Source: Pseudomonadota bacterium (GTDB lineage: Bacteria; Desulfobacterota; Desulfobacteria; Desulfobacterales; Desulfobacteraceae). Taken from it: 64,000 bases of DNA. Positions 1 to 10,726 of this stretch are shown here, in pieces. The position numbers were made by a program, and so were the translations under genes. Positions within the stretch are counted from its first letter, which is position 1. The number at the start of each line of letters is the position of its first letter. The notes beneath the pieces were generated by a model that was not told the origin of the DNA, made no database searches, and saw only the letters and a program-made list of their open reading frames with translations. The stretch is from NCBI GenBank assembly GCA_018821535.1, contig JAHJLV010000016.1:116010-180009 (forward strand). Reading direction: 5' to 3'.

Positions 1-318
1 AACTTTAAACCGTTTGGCAATATTCACCGCATAATCTGCGATTCTTTCCAGATCATTGTTAATTTTTATCACTGCCACAATGAACCGCAGATCAGTTGCC
101 ACGGGCTGATACAGTGCAAGAACCTTCAGGCATTCCTCTTCCACTTCAATTTCGCGTTCATCCACCTGATAATCCGTATCAATGATCTCCTGAGCCAGCA
201 CCAGATTTTCCTGCTTGATTGCAACCATAACTTTTTTACAACGGTCTTCCACCATTGCGCCAAGTGACAGTATCTCTTTTTTTATATTCAGTATTTCTTT
301 TTGCAGATGTCCTGCCAT
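1..318 (-). CDS. phoU: Phosphate transport regulator PhoU (runs off the window start)
   Basis: Read manually: ATG at 318 gives MAGHLQKEILNIKKEILSLGAMVEDR...LALYKPVATDLRFIVAVIKINNDLERIADYAVN, a PhoU signature; lies directly downstream of pstB. Confidence 0.93.
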   Translation of the reverse strand, partial: MAGHLQKEILNIKKEILSLGAMVEDRCKKVMVAIKQENLVLAQEIIDTDYQVDEREIEVEEECLKVLALYQPVATDLRFIVAVIKINNDLERIADYAVNIAKRFKV

Positions 319-328
319 AATTGACTCC

Positions 329-1090
329 TTAACCAAATCGTCCGGTAATATAATCTTCAGTCTGTTTCAATTCAGGTTTGGTAAATAATGTATCCGTATC
401 ATTGACCTCAATCAGTTTTCCCATATAAAAAAAAGCGGTTCTGTCCGACACCCTTGCCGCCTGCTGCATATTATGGGTTACAATGATAATGGTCAGCTTT
501 GAAGACAACTGATCAATCAACTCCTCAATTTTCTGTGTGGCAATGGGATCCAGTGCAGATGCAGGCTCATCCATCAAAAGCACCTCCGGGTCCACAGCAA
601 GCGCCCTTGCAATGCACAGCCGCTGCTGCTGACCGCCGGACAGCCCCAGGGCCGATTCATTCAAACGATCCTTAACCTCATCCCAGATGGCTGCCTGCTT
701 CAAGCTTTTTTCCACCACCCGGGTAATCACAGCCTTATCCTTTACGCCATTGACCTTTAATCCATAGGCAACATTTTCAAAAATCGTTTTCGGAAACGGA
801 TTGGGTTTTTGGAAAACCATTCCCACCCGCCGCCGCAGCGTCACCACATCCAGAGACGGATCATATATATCCTGATCATCCAGTACAGCCTTGCCTGTCA
901 CCCGGATCCCGGGGATCAGGTCATTCATCCGGTTCAAACATCTTAAATACGTACTTTTACCGCACCCTGAAGGCCCGATCAGCGCTGTTACCTGATTCTG
1001 TGTAAAATCGATGGAAACATTATGAATTGCCTGAAAATCTCCGTAAAAAAAATTCAGGTCTTTGGTATGCATTTTAACAGGAGAGTCCAT
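329..1090 (-). CDS. pstB: Phosphate ABC transporter ATP-binding protein
   Basis: [47 protein letters not shown]-terminus. Confidence 0.97.
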   Translation of the reverse strand: MDSPVKMHTKDLNFFYGDFQAIHNVSIDFTQNQVTALIGPSGCGKSTYLRCLNRMNDLIPGIRVTGKAVLDDQDIYDPSLDVVTLRRRVGMVFQKPNPFPKTIFENVAYGLKVNGVKDKAVITRVVEKSLKQAAIWDEVKDRLNESALGLSGGQQQRLCIARALAVDPEVLLMDEPASALDPIATQKIEELIDQLSSKLTIIIVTHNMQQAARVSDRTAFFYMGKLIEVNDTDTLFTKPELKQTEDYITGRFG

Positions 1091-1093
1091 TTA

Positions 1094-1951
1094 CTAACCC
1101 TTTAGTTTCTTTCTCATTTTAGCCCGCATGATAATTGCGAACAGATTCATTCCAAATATCAAAGAGATCAGCACAAGCGCTGTTCCGTATTGCAGATGAC
1201 GTGTGGCCTCAATATTGGTCCCGGCAGTTGCCAGCACATAAATATGATAGGGAAGCGCCATAACTTCATCAAATATTGAGGAGGGAAGATCCGGTGTAAA
1301 AAACACAGCCCCGGTATACATAATCGGCGCTGTTTCGCCAGCAGCCCTGCTTAATCCCAGTATGGAACCTGTAATAATTCCGGGAAATGCCACGGGCAGC
1401 ACCACTTTTCTGATGGTCTGCCACTGGGTGGCCCCCATGGCAAGAGAAGCCTCGCGATAGGGTTTGGGAACTGATTTTAATGCTTCTTCCGACGCACCGA
1501 TAATCACCGGCAGGGTCATAATGCCCAGTGTCAGTCCACCGGCAAGTATGGACACACCCATGTCAAGCACAATGACAAAAAATGCCAGGCCGAACAGACC
1601 AAACACAATGGAAGGAACCCCGGCAAGGTTATTTATTCCCAGCCGGATAAATCTGACAAGCTTTGTCTGCCCTGCATATTCATTCAGATAAATGGCAGAT
1701 GCCACACCGATGGGCAATGCAAACAGAATCGTTGTCATGCATAATGACACGGTACCGACAATACAGGGCAAAATACCACCCATGGTCATGGAATCTGTGG
1801 GTGGTTTACTCAAAAATTCCCAGGAAATGGCGCGCCACCCTCTGGAAACAATAAAATAGACAATAATTGCAAGGGCGGCACCATTGATAGCAACGGCAAC
1901 CTTAAGAAGGAAAAAACAGATTTTCTGCGCTCTTAATCGTTTTTTTATCAT
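1094..1951 (-). CDS. pstA: Phosphate ABC transporter permease
   Basis: NNLAGVPSIVFGLFG, REASLAMGATQWQTI, RAAGETAP motifs; operon position. Confidence 0.95.
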   Translation of the reverse strand: MIKKRLRAQKICFFLLKVAVAINGAALAIIVYFIVSRGWRAISWEFLSKPPTDSMTMGGILPCIVGTVSLCMTTILFALPIGVASAIYLNEYAGQTKLVRFIRLGINNLAGVPSIVFGLFGLAFFVIVLDMGVSILAGGLTLGIMTLPVIIGASEEALKSVPKPYREASLAMGATQWQTIRKVVLPVAFPGIITGSILGLSRAAGETAPIMYTGAVFFTPDLPSSIFDEVMALPYHIYVLATAGTNIEATRHLQYGTALVLISLIFGMNLFAIIMRAKMRKKLKG

Positions 1952-1969
1952 TTTTGAGTTTTCCTTCCC

Positions 1970-2857
1970 TTACAGGGAAGCCTCCCCCACCTGCCTGAAT
2001 TTATAGGAGATATGATCTGCCAGCAGATTAAACAAAAATGTAAATACAAACAAGACGATCCCGATGGCAAAAAGTGCATGGTAATGCTCACTTCGAAAGG
2101 GTGCCTCTGCCATTTCAGCCGCAATACTGGCCGGCAGGGGACGGACCGGATCAAAAATGGATGTGGGAATCATGGCAGCACCCCCTGCAGCCATCAGCAC
2201 TACCATGGTTTCGCCGACAGCTCTGGAAAGCCCTAAAATAATCGCTGTACAGATTCCGGACAAAGAGGCTGGAACAATCACCCTTACCAATGTTTCAAAA
2301 TGGGTTGCCCCTAATGCCAGAGACGCTTCTTTCAAAGCGGTCGGCACACTGAACACCGCATCTTCAGAAATGCTGCATATGGTCGGGACTGCCATAAACG
2401 CCAGCATCAGTGACGCATTGAACATATTTAGACCCACAGGGATATTGAACAGCTGCTGAATAAACGGTGCCACCACCACCATGCCAAAAAAACCGATGAC
2501 AACAGAGGGCATGGAAGCCAACAGCTCCACAATCGGTTTTACAATCTGGGAAACAGTCGCAGGTGCAATCTGGGCAAGATAGATGGCAGTCATCACGCCT
2601 AAAGGAATGGCGATCATCCCTGAAATCACCGTGACATAGATTGAACCCAGAATTAAAGGTAAAATGCCAAAATCAGCCGGGTCATCTGTTGGATACCAGT
2701 ATTGACCGAAAAGAAACTCTTTGAGGCTGACATGTTCCAGGATCGGAATTCCTTCAAGGAACAGAAAAATTATAATTAAAGACAAGGCGACGATGGAAAA
2801 CAGTGCGACCAGCAAAAAACCTGACCGCACTGTTTTATCAATATTCTGACGTTTCAA
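1970..2857 (-). CDS. pstC: Phosphate ABC transporter permease
   Basis: VELLASMPSVVIG, KEASLALGAT, RAVGETMVV motifs. Confidence 0.95.
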   Translation of the reverse strand: MKRQNIDKTVRSGFLLVALFSIVALSLIIIFLFLEGIPILEHVSLKEFLFGQYWYPTDDPADFGILPLILGSIYVTVISGMIAIPLGVMTAIYLAQIAPATVSQIVKPIVELLASMPSVVIGFFGMVVVAPFIQQLFNIPVGLNMFNASLMLAFMAVPTICSISEDAVFSVPTALKEASLALGATHFETLVRVIVPASLSGICTAIILGLSRAVGETMVVLMAAGGAAMIPTSIFDPVRPLPASIAAEMAEAPFRSEHYHALFAIGIVLFVFTFLFNLLADHISYKFRQVGEASL

Positions 2858-2868
2858 TGGAGCAATCC

Positions 2869-3693
2869 TTAGAAACCAAATACTGGAATGGAACCGGCTT
2901 TTCTAACAAGTTCCTGACCTTTTTTGGAAAAGATATAGTTAATAAAATCCATGGTTTCACCTTCCGGCCATCCCTGCGTAAACATGAAAAGCCCCCGGGA
3001 TATCGGGAAAGATCCGTTCAATGTTGTCTCTTCGGTTCCTGTTACCCCGTTGACCTTTATTGCCTTGATCTCTTTATTCAGATATCCAAGCCCCACATAT
3101 CCGATGGCACCGGGAGTATTGGCAACGGCCTGGACAATCCCGCCGTTTGAAGGCACGGTCAAGGCGCTTGGAACCACACGGTCTTCCAGCATGACCAGCT
3201 CCTGCCACACCCCGAAGGTACCGGATGAGCTGTCTCTGGAAATCACAACTATTTTGCCGGGAGTTCCGCCAACATCCTTCCAGTCTTTGATTTTACCCAG
3301 ATAAATATCTTTGAGCTGGGCTGTGGTCAGATCTGTCACGCTGTTTTTCGGATTGACCACCGGAACAATCGCATCCAGAGCAATTCTGAACGGTACAGGA
3401 TAAACACCTTTGGTCACTGCAAGACTTACTTCTTTTTGTTTAATAAACCGGGATGCATTCCCGATCTGGGCTGTCCCGTCAATGATGGCCTTGATTCCAT
3501 TTCCTGAGCCGCCGCCGGACAAGGATATTTTCACATCGGGATTTTCAGCCATAAACGTTTCAGCAGCCATCTGGGCGATGGGAAGAACCGTTGTTGAACC
3601 TTTGATAACCAGTTCTCCTGCAAACACCTGGGATGATGCGACACAAAAAAGACCGAACACCAAAATTAAAATTGATTTAATCCATCTGTTCAT
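2869..3693 (-). CDS. pstS: Phosphate ABC transporter substrate-binding protein
   Basis: Signal peptide, GSTTVLP, GGGSGNG, SRDSSSGT motifs; first gene of the pst operon. Confidence 0.93.
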   Translation of the reverse strand: MNRWIKSILILVFGLFCVASSQVFAGELVIKGSTTVLPIAQMAAETFMAENPDVKISLSGGGSGNGIKAIIDGTAQIGNASRFIKQKEVSLAVTKGVYPVPFRIALDAIVPVVNPKNSVTDLTTAQLKDIYLGKIKDWKDVGGTPGKIVVISRDSSSGTFGVWQELVMLEDRVVPSALTVPSNGGIVQAVANTPGAIGYVGLGYLNKEIKAIKVNGVTGTEETTLNGSFPISRGLFMFTQGWPEGETMDFINYIFSKKGQELVRKAGSIPVFGF

Positions 3694-3772
3694 TTTTCAA
3701 CTCCTCATAATTTATATTTAAAACTACACACATTTATACAAATGGTATTTGTAAGCAGTTTTACGTTTAATT

Positions 3773-3799
3773 TGTTAGGGTTGTATTAGGATCATGTTA
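3773..3799 (-). promoter_or_regulatory. Pho-box-like 11-bp-periodic direct repeats upstream of pstS
   Basis: Minus strand TAACA-N6-TAATA-N6-TAACA (plus-strand units at 3773, 3784, 3795), about 80 nt upstream of pstS; the 11-bp period is typical of PhoB/PhoP sites. Confidence 0.5.
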
Positions 3800-3898
3800 C
3801 AGAGGGATTAAACCCTGCTCATAAAAAAACGGATATCATCGGTTTGGTTAAAACTTAAATGGTACCCGTCTTTTTTTTTAACTTATCTGTCAGCCAGA

Positions 3899-4609
3899 TC
3901 AGGCACCGATATATGCCCGCTTGACATTTTCATCATTCTTCAGATCTTTGCATAATCCTTCAAGAACACATTTACCGCTTTCAAGCACATATCCTCTTTC
4001 AGTGATGTTCAGCGCCATATTTGCATTCTGTTCCGAAAGAAAAATGGTGGTGTCCATTTCATGATTAATATTGGAGATAACATCGGCAATCTGCTTTACA
4101 ATCAATGGTGCCAGACCCATAGACGGTTCGTCGAGCAACAGCATGCTGGGTTCACTCATCAATGCCCGGCCGATAGCCAGCATCTGCTGTTCACCACCAC
4201 TGAATGTACCGGCAAGCTGATTTGAACGCTCTTTGAGTATCGGGAAATGCTCATATACCCGGTCCAGATTTTTTTTAATCTTGGATTTCTGTCCCCGCAG
4301 AGAAAAAGCCCCCATGACAAGATTTTTTTTCACAGACAGTTCCGGAAACAGTTGCCGGCCCTGGGGACATAATACAATTCCCAGATCAACAATCTTGTGA
4401 ACCGGTAATTTATCAATCGCGATACCGTTAAATTCAACCGTACCGAAGGCAGGTTTGAGAACCCCTGCAATTGTCCTGAACAATGTCGTTTTCCCTGCGC
4501 CGTTACTGCCTAAAAGCGTAACAAACTCGCCTTTTTGAATGTTTAAGGACACATTATGAATAATATGCAGCTCACCGATATCTGTGTATACCTGTTCAAG
4601 TTTAAGCAT
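3899..4609 (-). CDS. livF: Branched-chain amino acid-type ABC transporter ATPase
   Basis: GSNGAGKTT, AGTFSGGEQQMLAIGRALM, LDEPSMGLAP. Confidence 0.9.
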   Translation of the reverse strand: MLKLEQVYTDIGELHIIHNVSLNIQKGEFVTLLGSNGAGKTTLFRTIAGVLKPAFGTVEFNGIAIDKLPVHKIVDLGIVLCPQGRQLFPELSVKKNLVMGAFSLRGQKSKIKKNLDRVYEHFPILKERSNQLAGTFSGGEQQMLAIGRALMSEPSMLLLDEPSMGLAPLIVKQIADVISNINHEMDTTIFLSEQNANMALNITERGYVLESGKCVLEGLCKDLKNDENVKRAYIGA

Positions 4610-5366
4610 TCAGTTCACCTCCCAAATAGGCCTCAATCACATCAGGATTTACCTTGATCTCTTCCGGAGAACCTTCTGCTATTTTTTCTCCGTAATTCAA
4701 AACAACAATACGATCTGCAAGACCCATAATCATCTGCATTTTATGTTCAATGATACAGACAGTGATTCCCTGTTCATCCCGAATTTTACGAATCAGTTCT
4801 GTTATCCGGTCGGTTTCATCCTGAATCAGACCACCGGTGGGTTCATCCAAAAGCAATAATTGAGGTTTGCTCACGATGGCAACACCAATGGCAAGCCTTT
4901 TCTGTTCTTCCTGAGACAATGTAGGGATAAAATTATTGGCTTTTGCAGTCAGCCCTAAAAATTCAAGAACTTCGATGCTGCGGGCAAAGGCCCGTTCCTG
5001 ATAGCGTTTCCATGACGGCAGATGCAGCAGTGTATTCCAGAAACCCAGCTTGGTCCGCCATTTATAGGCAATCATCAGATTATCAATCACCCTGAGCTGG
5101 TCAAAGAGACTTGTGGTCTGAAAGGTTCTGGCCACCCCCCGGGTGACGATACGATAGGGCTGCATGCCCGTGATATCATGGCCATTGATGGTGACTTTCC
5201 CCCAGGTGGGTTTCAGTGTCCCGGTAATCAGATTGAATGCAGTTGATTTTCCGGCTCCGTTCGGACCAATAATCGCCACAATCTGACCTTTGGCAATTTC
5301 AAAACTCAAATCTTTTACTGCGACAAGTCCAGAGAATTTTTTCGTTACAGATTCAACTTTAAGCAT
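4602..5366 (-). CDS. livG: Branched-chain amino acid-type ABC transporter ATPase
   Basis: GPNGAGKST, ARTFQ, IEHKM, VIEAYLG. Confidence 0.9.
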   Translation of the reverse strand: MLKVESVTKKFSGLVAVKDLSFEIAKGQIVAIIGPNGAGKSTAFNLITGTLKPTWGKVTINGHDITGMQPYRIVTRGVARTFQTTSLFDQLRVIDNLMIAYKWRTKLGFWNTLLHLPSWKRYQERAFARSIEVLEFLGLTAKANNFIPTLSQEEQKRLAIGVAIVSKPQLLLLDEPTGGLIQDETDRITELIRKIRDEQGITVCIIEHKMQMIMGLADRIVVLNYGEKIAEGSPEEIKVNPDVIEAYLGGELNA

Positions 5367-6357
5367 TTGAGTCCTCCGAAGTATTAGATTGACGCCAGGC
5401 TATGATTTTCTGATTTATGGTTTTCAATCCACCGAAAAATCCCATGGGAAACCATATAATCACAACAACCAGCAGGGCACCGAAAAAAAGCATCCGGTAA
5501 TTTTCCATGAACTGCAGAAATTCCATGATGATCGGTATCATAAAAGCGCCGATAACCGCCCCTGGCAAGGTTGCCATCCCGCCTAAAATCAGGAAAATCA
5601 AAAAATTGAATGTTATCATGATACTGATGGCACTGGGACTTACTGCGCCCAGAATCGTTGCATAAATTCCACCGGCAATTGCTGCGATAAAATTGGCAAT
5701 GGCAAAGGAAACCATTTTTGTGGCAAAGGTATTGATTCCCAGCGCATCTGCCAGTTCTTCATTATTTCGGATGGCCATGAATGTCAGGCCGAAAATAGAA
5801 TACACAACACGATGAAGCACAAAAAGCGTCAATAATAAAACAGCCAGCACCAGATAATATTGTGCCGGCTGACTGGAAAACTCTATTGGCCCGAAGAATG
5901 GAAAGGGAATCGGCGTGGCCGAATCAAGACCAAAGATACCGTTTTGTCCGCCGGTCACTTCGATCCAGTTTTCTGCCACCTGGAATAAAATCACGCCAAA
6001 ACACAAGGTGACAATGGCAAAAAAATGTCCCCGGGTTCTGAATGCAAACAGGCCGATAAAAAATCCAATCCCTGTTGCAACCAGACCGGAAACAGGCAGG
6101 GCAATCCAGAAAGACCAGCCCGCCTTGGTCATAATGGCAACCACGTATGCGCCCACGCCAAAAAAAGCCCCGTGGGCCAAAGATGCCTGACCCGTATATC
6201 CGAGGATCAGATTCATGGATGAGGTGGCAATGGCAAACAGTAAACTGGTAATCACAATCTGGAACATGTATGAATCCGGCACATAAAGAGGCAGGAATAA
6301 GGCTGCAATAAAAAGGAACCCCAAAAGCAGTTTCGTGTGAATCGGTTTTGTAAACAT
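5359..6357 (-). CDS. livM: Branched-chain amino acid-type ABC permease
   Basis: LGYTGQASLAHGAFFGVGAY, AIRNNEELADALGIN, ILGGMAT. Confidence 0.88.
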   Translation of the reverse strand: MFTKPIHTKLLLGFLFIAALFLPLYVPDSYMFQIVITSLLFAIATSSMNLILGYTGQASLAHGAFFGVGAYVVAIMTKAGWSFWIALPVSGLVATGIGFFIGLFAFRTRGHFFAIVTLCFGVILFQVAENWIEVTGGQNGIFGLDSATPIPFPFFGPIEFSSQPAQYYLVLAVLLLTLFVLHRVVYSIFGLTFMAIRNNEELADALGINTFATKMVSFAIANFIAAIAGGIYATILGAVSPSAISIMITFNFLIFLILGGMATLPGAVIGAFMIPIIMEFLQFMENYRMLFFGALLVVVIIWFPMGFFGGLKTINQKIIAWRQSNTSEDSNA

Positions 6358-6359
6358 AA

Positions 6360-7223
6360 TCAGCCCTCCTGTTTGCCGAATAATCCGGTCGGTTTAATTG
6401 ACAAGACAAGAATGAGCGCACCAAAGGCAAAGACATCTTTATATTCTGCCGAGATATACCCACCGCCCAAAGCTTCAATAAGTCCCAGAAAATATCCACC
6501 CAGAATAGCACCGGGCACACTTCCCATTCCACCCAAAATAACAATAATAAAGGCCTTCATTCCAAGCACCGCACCCATGGCCGGGGACAGAATAAAAATC
6601 GGGGACAGAAAGCTTGCCGCAACAGCAGCTGTGGCAGAGGAAATAAAAAAGGTCATTGAGGATACACGATTTACATTAATGCCGGTAAGCATTGCCCCTT
6701 CCCTGTTTTGCGCCACAGCTTCAATCGTGGTCCCGGTGGTTGTTTTTTTCAAGAACAGGTGCAGCAGGACAATGAGTACTGCAGCGCCGCCGACTACCAG
6801 AAGACGCTGGGCTTCCATGGTAATACCGAACATCTTGATGATCTGGGGGTGAGGATTGGGGATACGCATTCCCTGAGGTCCCCAGATAACCAGCGCCAGA
6901 GATTCCAGAAAAATCAGCGCCCCGATCGCAGCAATAAAAGCATTAATAGGAGGCTGACCCGTCAAGGGCCGAAACACAATTCGCTCCATAACCACCCCGA
7001 CAAAGCCCAGAATGACCATTGAAAGCAGCAAACTGTACCAATACCCGAACCCAAGGTTCGTAATAAAAAAATACGTGATATAACCGCCAAGCATGTAAAG
7101 ATGGCCATGGGCAAAATTCGGGATGTGCAAAATCCCCATAACCAGTGTCAGGCCTAAAGCCACAATGGCATATGTACTGCCGAACATAATACCATTGAAC
7201 AGCTGCTGCAGGAAAAGTTCCAT
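6360..7223 (-). CDS. livH: Branched-chain amino acid-type ABC permease
   Basis: QQLFNGIMFGSTYAIVALGLTL, NFAHG, ILGGMGSVPGA. Confidence 0.9.
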   Translation of the reverse strand: MELFLQQLFNGIMFGSTYAIVALGLTLVMGILHIPNFAHGHLYMLGGYITYFFITNLGFGYWYSLLLSMVILGFVGVVMERIVFRPLTGQPPINAFIAAIGALIFLESLALVIWGPQGMRIPNPHPQIIKMFGITMEAQRLLVVGGAAVLIVLLHLFLKKTTTGTTIEAVAQNREGAMLTGINVNRVSSMTFFISSATAAVAASFLSPIFILSPAMGAVLGMKAFIIVILGGMGSVPGAILGGYFLGLIEALGGGYISAEYKDVFAFGALILVLSIKPTGLFGKQEG

Positions 7224-7401
7224 TAATACTCACCTCATATCATATATTGTGTTACCGTAAACCGCTGTGGCACTGTGGGTCAAAACAACAAAAGCCAGAC
7301 AGACCATACCGCAGACAATGAACCCAAAAAGCAGTTTTACACCTTAAAACAGACTGCCCGGTACCGTCAGGCCACCGGGCAGTATAAAAACACTATTTAT
7401 T

Positions 7402-8673
7402 TTATTTGGCGTATCCTTCCAAAGGAACATTTACATTCGTGTTTCCAATATCAGGAATCGAGGAAACGGCTTTCTTGAAATCAGCATCGGATTTTGTCCA
7501 CCAGAAGGTTGTGGTTGGTACTGTATATTGTCCGTTTTCAATCTTCTGAATCGTTCCAGGCAGAATGAATCTTGAGCCCCAAAGATCAATAAAAGGAAGC
7601 AGATTGATTTTCGCATCCATGGGAAGCACTTCGGGGATAGCAGCTTTAATGGCCGTAATATCTTCTACAGTTCCGGCTTTTTCCATTGCAGCAGCCAGAA
7701 TCCGAATAGCGCCGTAATTTAACAGATTTTCAGAAGTGGCAGAGCGGCCATAATCTTTCAGGCATCTTTTCAGGAACGGTTCAATCACTTCTTCTTCAGC
7801 GAGATCTCGCGGCCTGGCCGTACCGGTAACACCGTTCATTTTGGTCAAGTCATTATTAAAATTGACTTCAGCAATATAATTGAGCTTGGCCTGATCAACC
7901 ATAAAGAATTCACCCTTGAACCCTAAGTTTCTGGCCTGTTCAATCACCAGACCTGTGGTAGCTGACGGGCCACCTATCAACATGAAGTCCGGTTTTTTTG
8001 CAAGCGCCGCACTCAACTGGGCAGAAAAATCAGTTTCTGTATAATAATTGGCTGGCTGGTCTGCAACAATCTCACCACCAGCTTTGATCCAGGCACTTTC
8101 AAATTCTTTTCTCCAGCCATCGCCATAGGCCCCAAGGGTAACCACCATGGCACATTTTTTCCATCCTTTCTCCAAGGCATATTTTACATAACTGCCAACA
8201 TACACTGAAAATGGCGGGGGAATAGCGATGGTGTTCGGATTTTTCATGGCATCAACTTCAGGTGCACTGGTATACGCCATCATTAAGAACTCAGACCCTT
8301 TCTGCTGATTGATCTGCATCATGGGAGCGATGGTATTGAATACCGGGTTGAAGATGAACCGTGCGCCGTCTCTTGATCGCAGACGTCTGGCATTATTAAC
8401 GGCAGCTGTCGGATCGATGTGATCATCATAGGTTTTCAGTGCAAATTTGTAATTTTTTCCACCCACAGTAATACCACCTGCGGCATTAATATCCTGAATA
8501 CCCATTTCCAGACCATTTACATTGTCACGCCCGTACTGTGCCGCAGGGCCGCTGAGCGGTCCGGTAAATCCGATCATAACTGTGTGACCCTTGGCATAGA
8601 CATTCGGGCTGAAAAGACCCAGTGCCAGCAACCCGGCAATTAAGATGAAAGACAAATGTTTCAGTTTTTTCAT
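7402..8673 (-). CDS. LivJ/K-family periplasmic substrate-binding protein (ligand unknown)
   Basis: Signal peptide, IGFTGPLSGPAAQYG, TDFSAQL; start refined to MKKLK at 8673, which has an AGGAGG SD. Confidence 0.85.
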   Translation of the reverse strand: MKKLKHLSFILIAGLLALGLFSPNVYAKGHTVMIGFTGPLSGPAAQYGRDNVNGLEMGIQDINAAGGITVGGKNYKFALKTYDDHIDPTAAVNNARRLRSRDGARFIFNPVFNTIAPMMQINQQKGSEFLMMAYTSAPEVDAMKNPNTIAIPPPFSVYVGSYVKYALEKGWKKCAMVVTLGAYGDGWRKEFESAWIKAGGEIVADQPANYYTETDFSAQLSAALAKKPDFMLIGGPSATTGLVIEQARNLGFKGEFFMVDQAKLNYIAEVNFNNDLTKMNGVTGTARPRDLAEEEVIEPFLKRCLKDYGRSATSENLLNYGAIRILAAAMEKAGTVEDITAIKAAIPEVLPMDAKINLLPFIDLWGSRFILPGTIQKIENGQYTVPTTTFWWTKSDADFKKAVSSIPDIGNTNVNVPLEGYAK

Positions 8674-9127
8674 AGCTTTCCCCCTCCTATTGTAATGAGA
8701 CAATTAAATGAACCGGGCACAGGTGGAGAATCTTTTCATCAACCTGACCAAGCCGTGTTAGCAATCATTCCGCAAAACATGTCCAAAAAATTCAAACGGA
8801 CTGAAATGATTTCAATTTAACTATAAACGTTTATGTGCCTGAGTGAAAAAAGCACGTGTTTAACTTAAATATTCAGAGTCAAATTTATATTTATACTCTG
8901 CTCTCGAATTAACCTGCCAGCATATAAAAAAGCAGGTTGATCCGGTGAATGTCTCTTAATCAATATGGGATCTTTAAAATTTTGACCCCGGACAGTGGAC
9001 TGCATATATGAATTTTTCCTTTTTTGTGACCTGATCATAGGATGAGAAATTACCCTTTGTCAAGACACGTGTGCAAAAAATAAATGCAGACAGCATCACG
9101 GTTTCGCATGATGAAACAGAATGAAAA

Positions 9128-9571
9128 TCAAGAAAAGATCTCTTTTTCAAGATAAAGGATATTGCCTTTTTCGTTATATGAGTAATGTGTAAAATATGTA
9201 TCCATGATAATAATGCCCCGACCATGATCTTCGTCCTCGGGCAGAGCCTGCACCTGCTGTTTTTTCCAGTCAAAACCGTTTCCCTGGTCTTCAATCTCAA
9301 TCTGTATGGAAGTGTCTGAGTTGATCACCAGCAGGAATCTTACTTTTTTTTGGGGATCATTTTCATTTCCATGCCGGATGGCATTGCTCAACCCCTCTCT
9401 GATGACCAGATTTATCGTGAAAAGTTCAGATTCAATCCCTTTAATTTTTGACCTTAAAAACTCACTTGTTTTCTGACAGATGACATCAATGTTTTCCAGG
9501 GTGGAAGAAAAAACAAACCCGATTGACTTTTCCTTCTGTTCTGTTTCAAAAAAAGGGACTAACTGTACCAT
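9128..9571 (-). CDS. Anti-sigma-factor-type Ser/Thr kinase (RsbW/SpoIIAB-like HATPase)
   Basis: REGLSNAIRHGN (N box), IEDQGNGFD (G1), HGRGIIIM (G2); start refined to MVQLV at 9571. Confidence 0.85.
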   Translation of the reverse strand: MVQLVPFFETEQKEKSIGFVFSSTLENIDVICQKTSEFLRSKIKGIESELFTINLVIREGLSNAIRHGNENDPQKKVRFLLVINSDTSIQIEIEDQGNGFDWKKQQVQALPEDEDHGRGIIIMDTYFTHYSYNEKGNILYLEKEIFS

Positions 9572-9575
9572 AATC

Positions 9576-10697
9576 TTATACCTCGACGCATAACACGACA
9601 ATATCATCTTCCGGGGTGGCACCCTTTCCGAAAAGCAGATTTATAAGCTCTTCAGGTGCCATACTGTAAGACGTCTGAGAAATTTTCTTATACACCGGCA
9701 AAAGGCTGTCTGCACCACTGGCCCAGGTAATCTTGTTTTCTGCAGATTCAACCAGACCATCGGAATAAATAAAGAATTTATCCCCTGGAGTTACATCTAT
9801 GGTTTCAGATCCGAAATGAGGATCCTTGAACATTCCCAGGATATCTCCGTCAGATTTGATAAGAAAGGGTTCTCCGTCCACAGGAAGACACACCACCGGC
9901 GGATGTCCGGCATTAATGATCGTCAGTTTCCTTGTGGTTCTGTTCAGGTGCATATAACAGGCAGTTAAATATTTTCCCTCGGACAGAATTTCCACAAGCA
10001 CATCGTTGATCATCCGGATACTTTCGAGCGGAGAATACACCGGCGTACAGTTCTGCGCCAGCAATGCCTTTACCGAAGCTGTCATATAAGAGGTTTTTAT
10101 ATCATGACCTGCAAAATCCGCTACAAAATAGCCGGTAATATGATCGGAGATATTCAGGATATCATAAAAATCTCCGCCGGCTTCCTCCAGCGCCCGATAA
10201 TACACACCGAATTTGGCCTGGGGATTATCTTCAGGTGTGGGCAGCATGGCCACCTGAGCTTCTGTAATCTGTCGAAGCCTGCTTGCCTGATCTGCGATAA
10301 GCGAATTGGTTGCAATCGATAATTTCAGGTGTATCCTGACCCTGGCCAATACCTCAAGAGGATGAAACGGTTTTGTGATGTAGTCAACCGCACCCAGATC
10401 AAACCCTCTGAGCTTGGAATCCACATCAATCACACCGGTCAGAAAAATTACAGGAATCGCATTGGTTTCGGAACTGTCCTTAAGTTTTTCAATCACATCA
10501 AAGCCGGTTTCTCCGGGCATTTCGATATCCAGAAGAATCAAATCCGGCTTTTCACCAAAGGCGATTTCTCTGGCTTTGGGTCCGTTATCTGCGATAAAAA
10601 TCCGGTATCCTTCTTTGGACAGTGATTTTTCAATCAGCCTTAAATTCAACAGATTATCATCCACCGCCAGAACCGTATAGGTTTGCTTTTTCTTCAT
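9576..10697 (-). CDS. Response regulator receiver fused to PP2C/SpoIIE phosphatase
   Basis: VDD...LLDIEMP...DYITKPF receiver; GGDFYD, VADFAGH, YSDGLVE, DDIVVL phosphatase motifs. Confidence 0.9.
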   Translation of the reverse strand: MKKKQTYTVLAVDDNLLNLRLIEKSLSKEGYRIFIADNGPKAREIAFGEKPDLILLDIEMPGETGFDVIEKLKDSSETNAIPVIFLTGVIDVDSKLRGFDLGAVDYITKPFHPLEVLARVRIHLKLSIATNSLIADQASRLRQITEAQVAMLPTPEDNPQAKFGVYYRALEEAGGDFYDILNISDHITGYFVADFAGHDIKTSYMTASVKALLAQNCTPVYSPLESIRMINDVLVEILSEGKYLTACYMHLNRTTRKLTIINAGHPPVVCLPVDGEPFLIKSDGDILGMFKDPHFGSETIDVTPGDKFFIYSDGLVESAENKITWASGADSLLPVYKKISQTSYSMAPEELINLLFGKGATPEDDIVVLCVEV

Positions 10698-10726
10698 GAC
10701 GAAAAGACCTTTCCCCCCAAAAAAAA

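Noticed and set aside
5924-6544. 206-aa alternative-frame ORF; similar cases at 34019-34591, 49139-49693 and 51701-52246
   Set aside because: They overlap well-supported genes and have no recognisable domains or RBS
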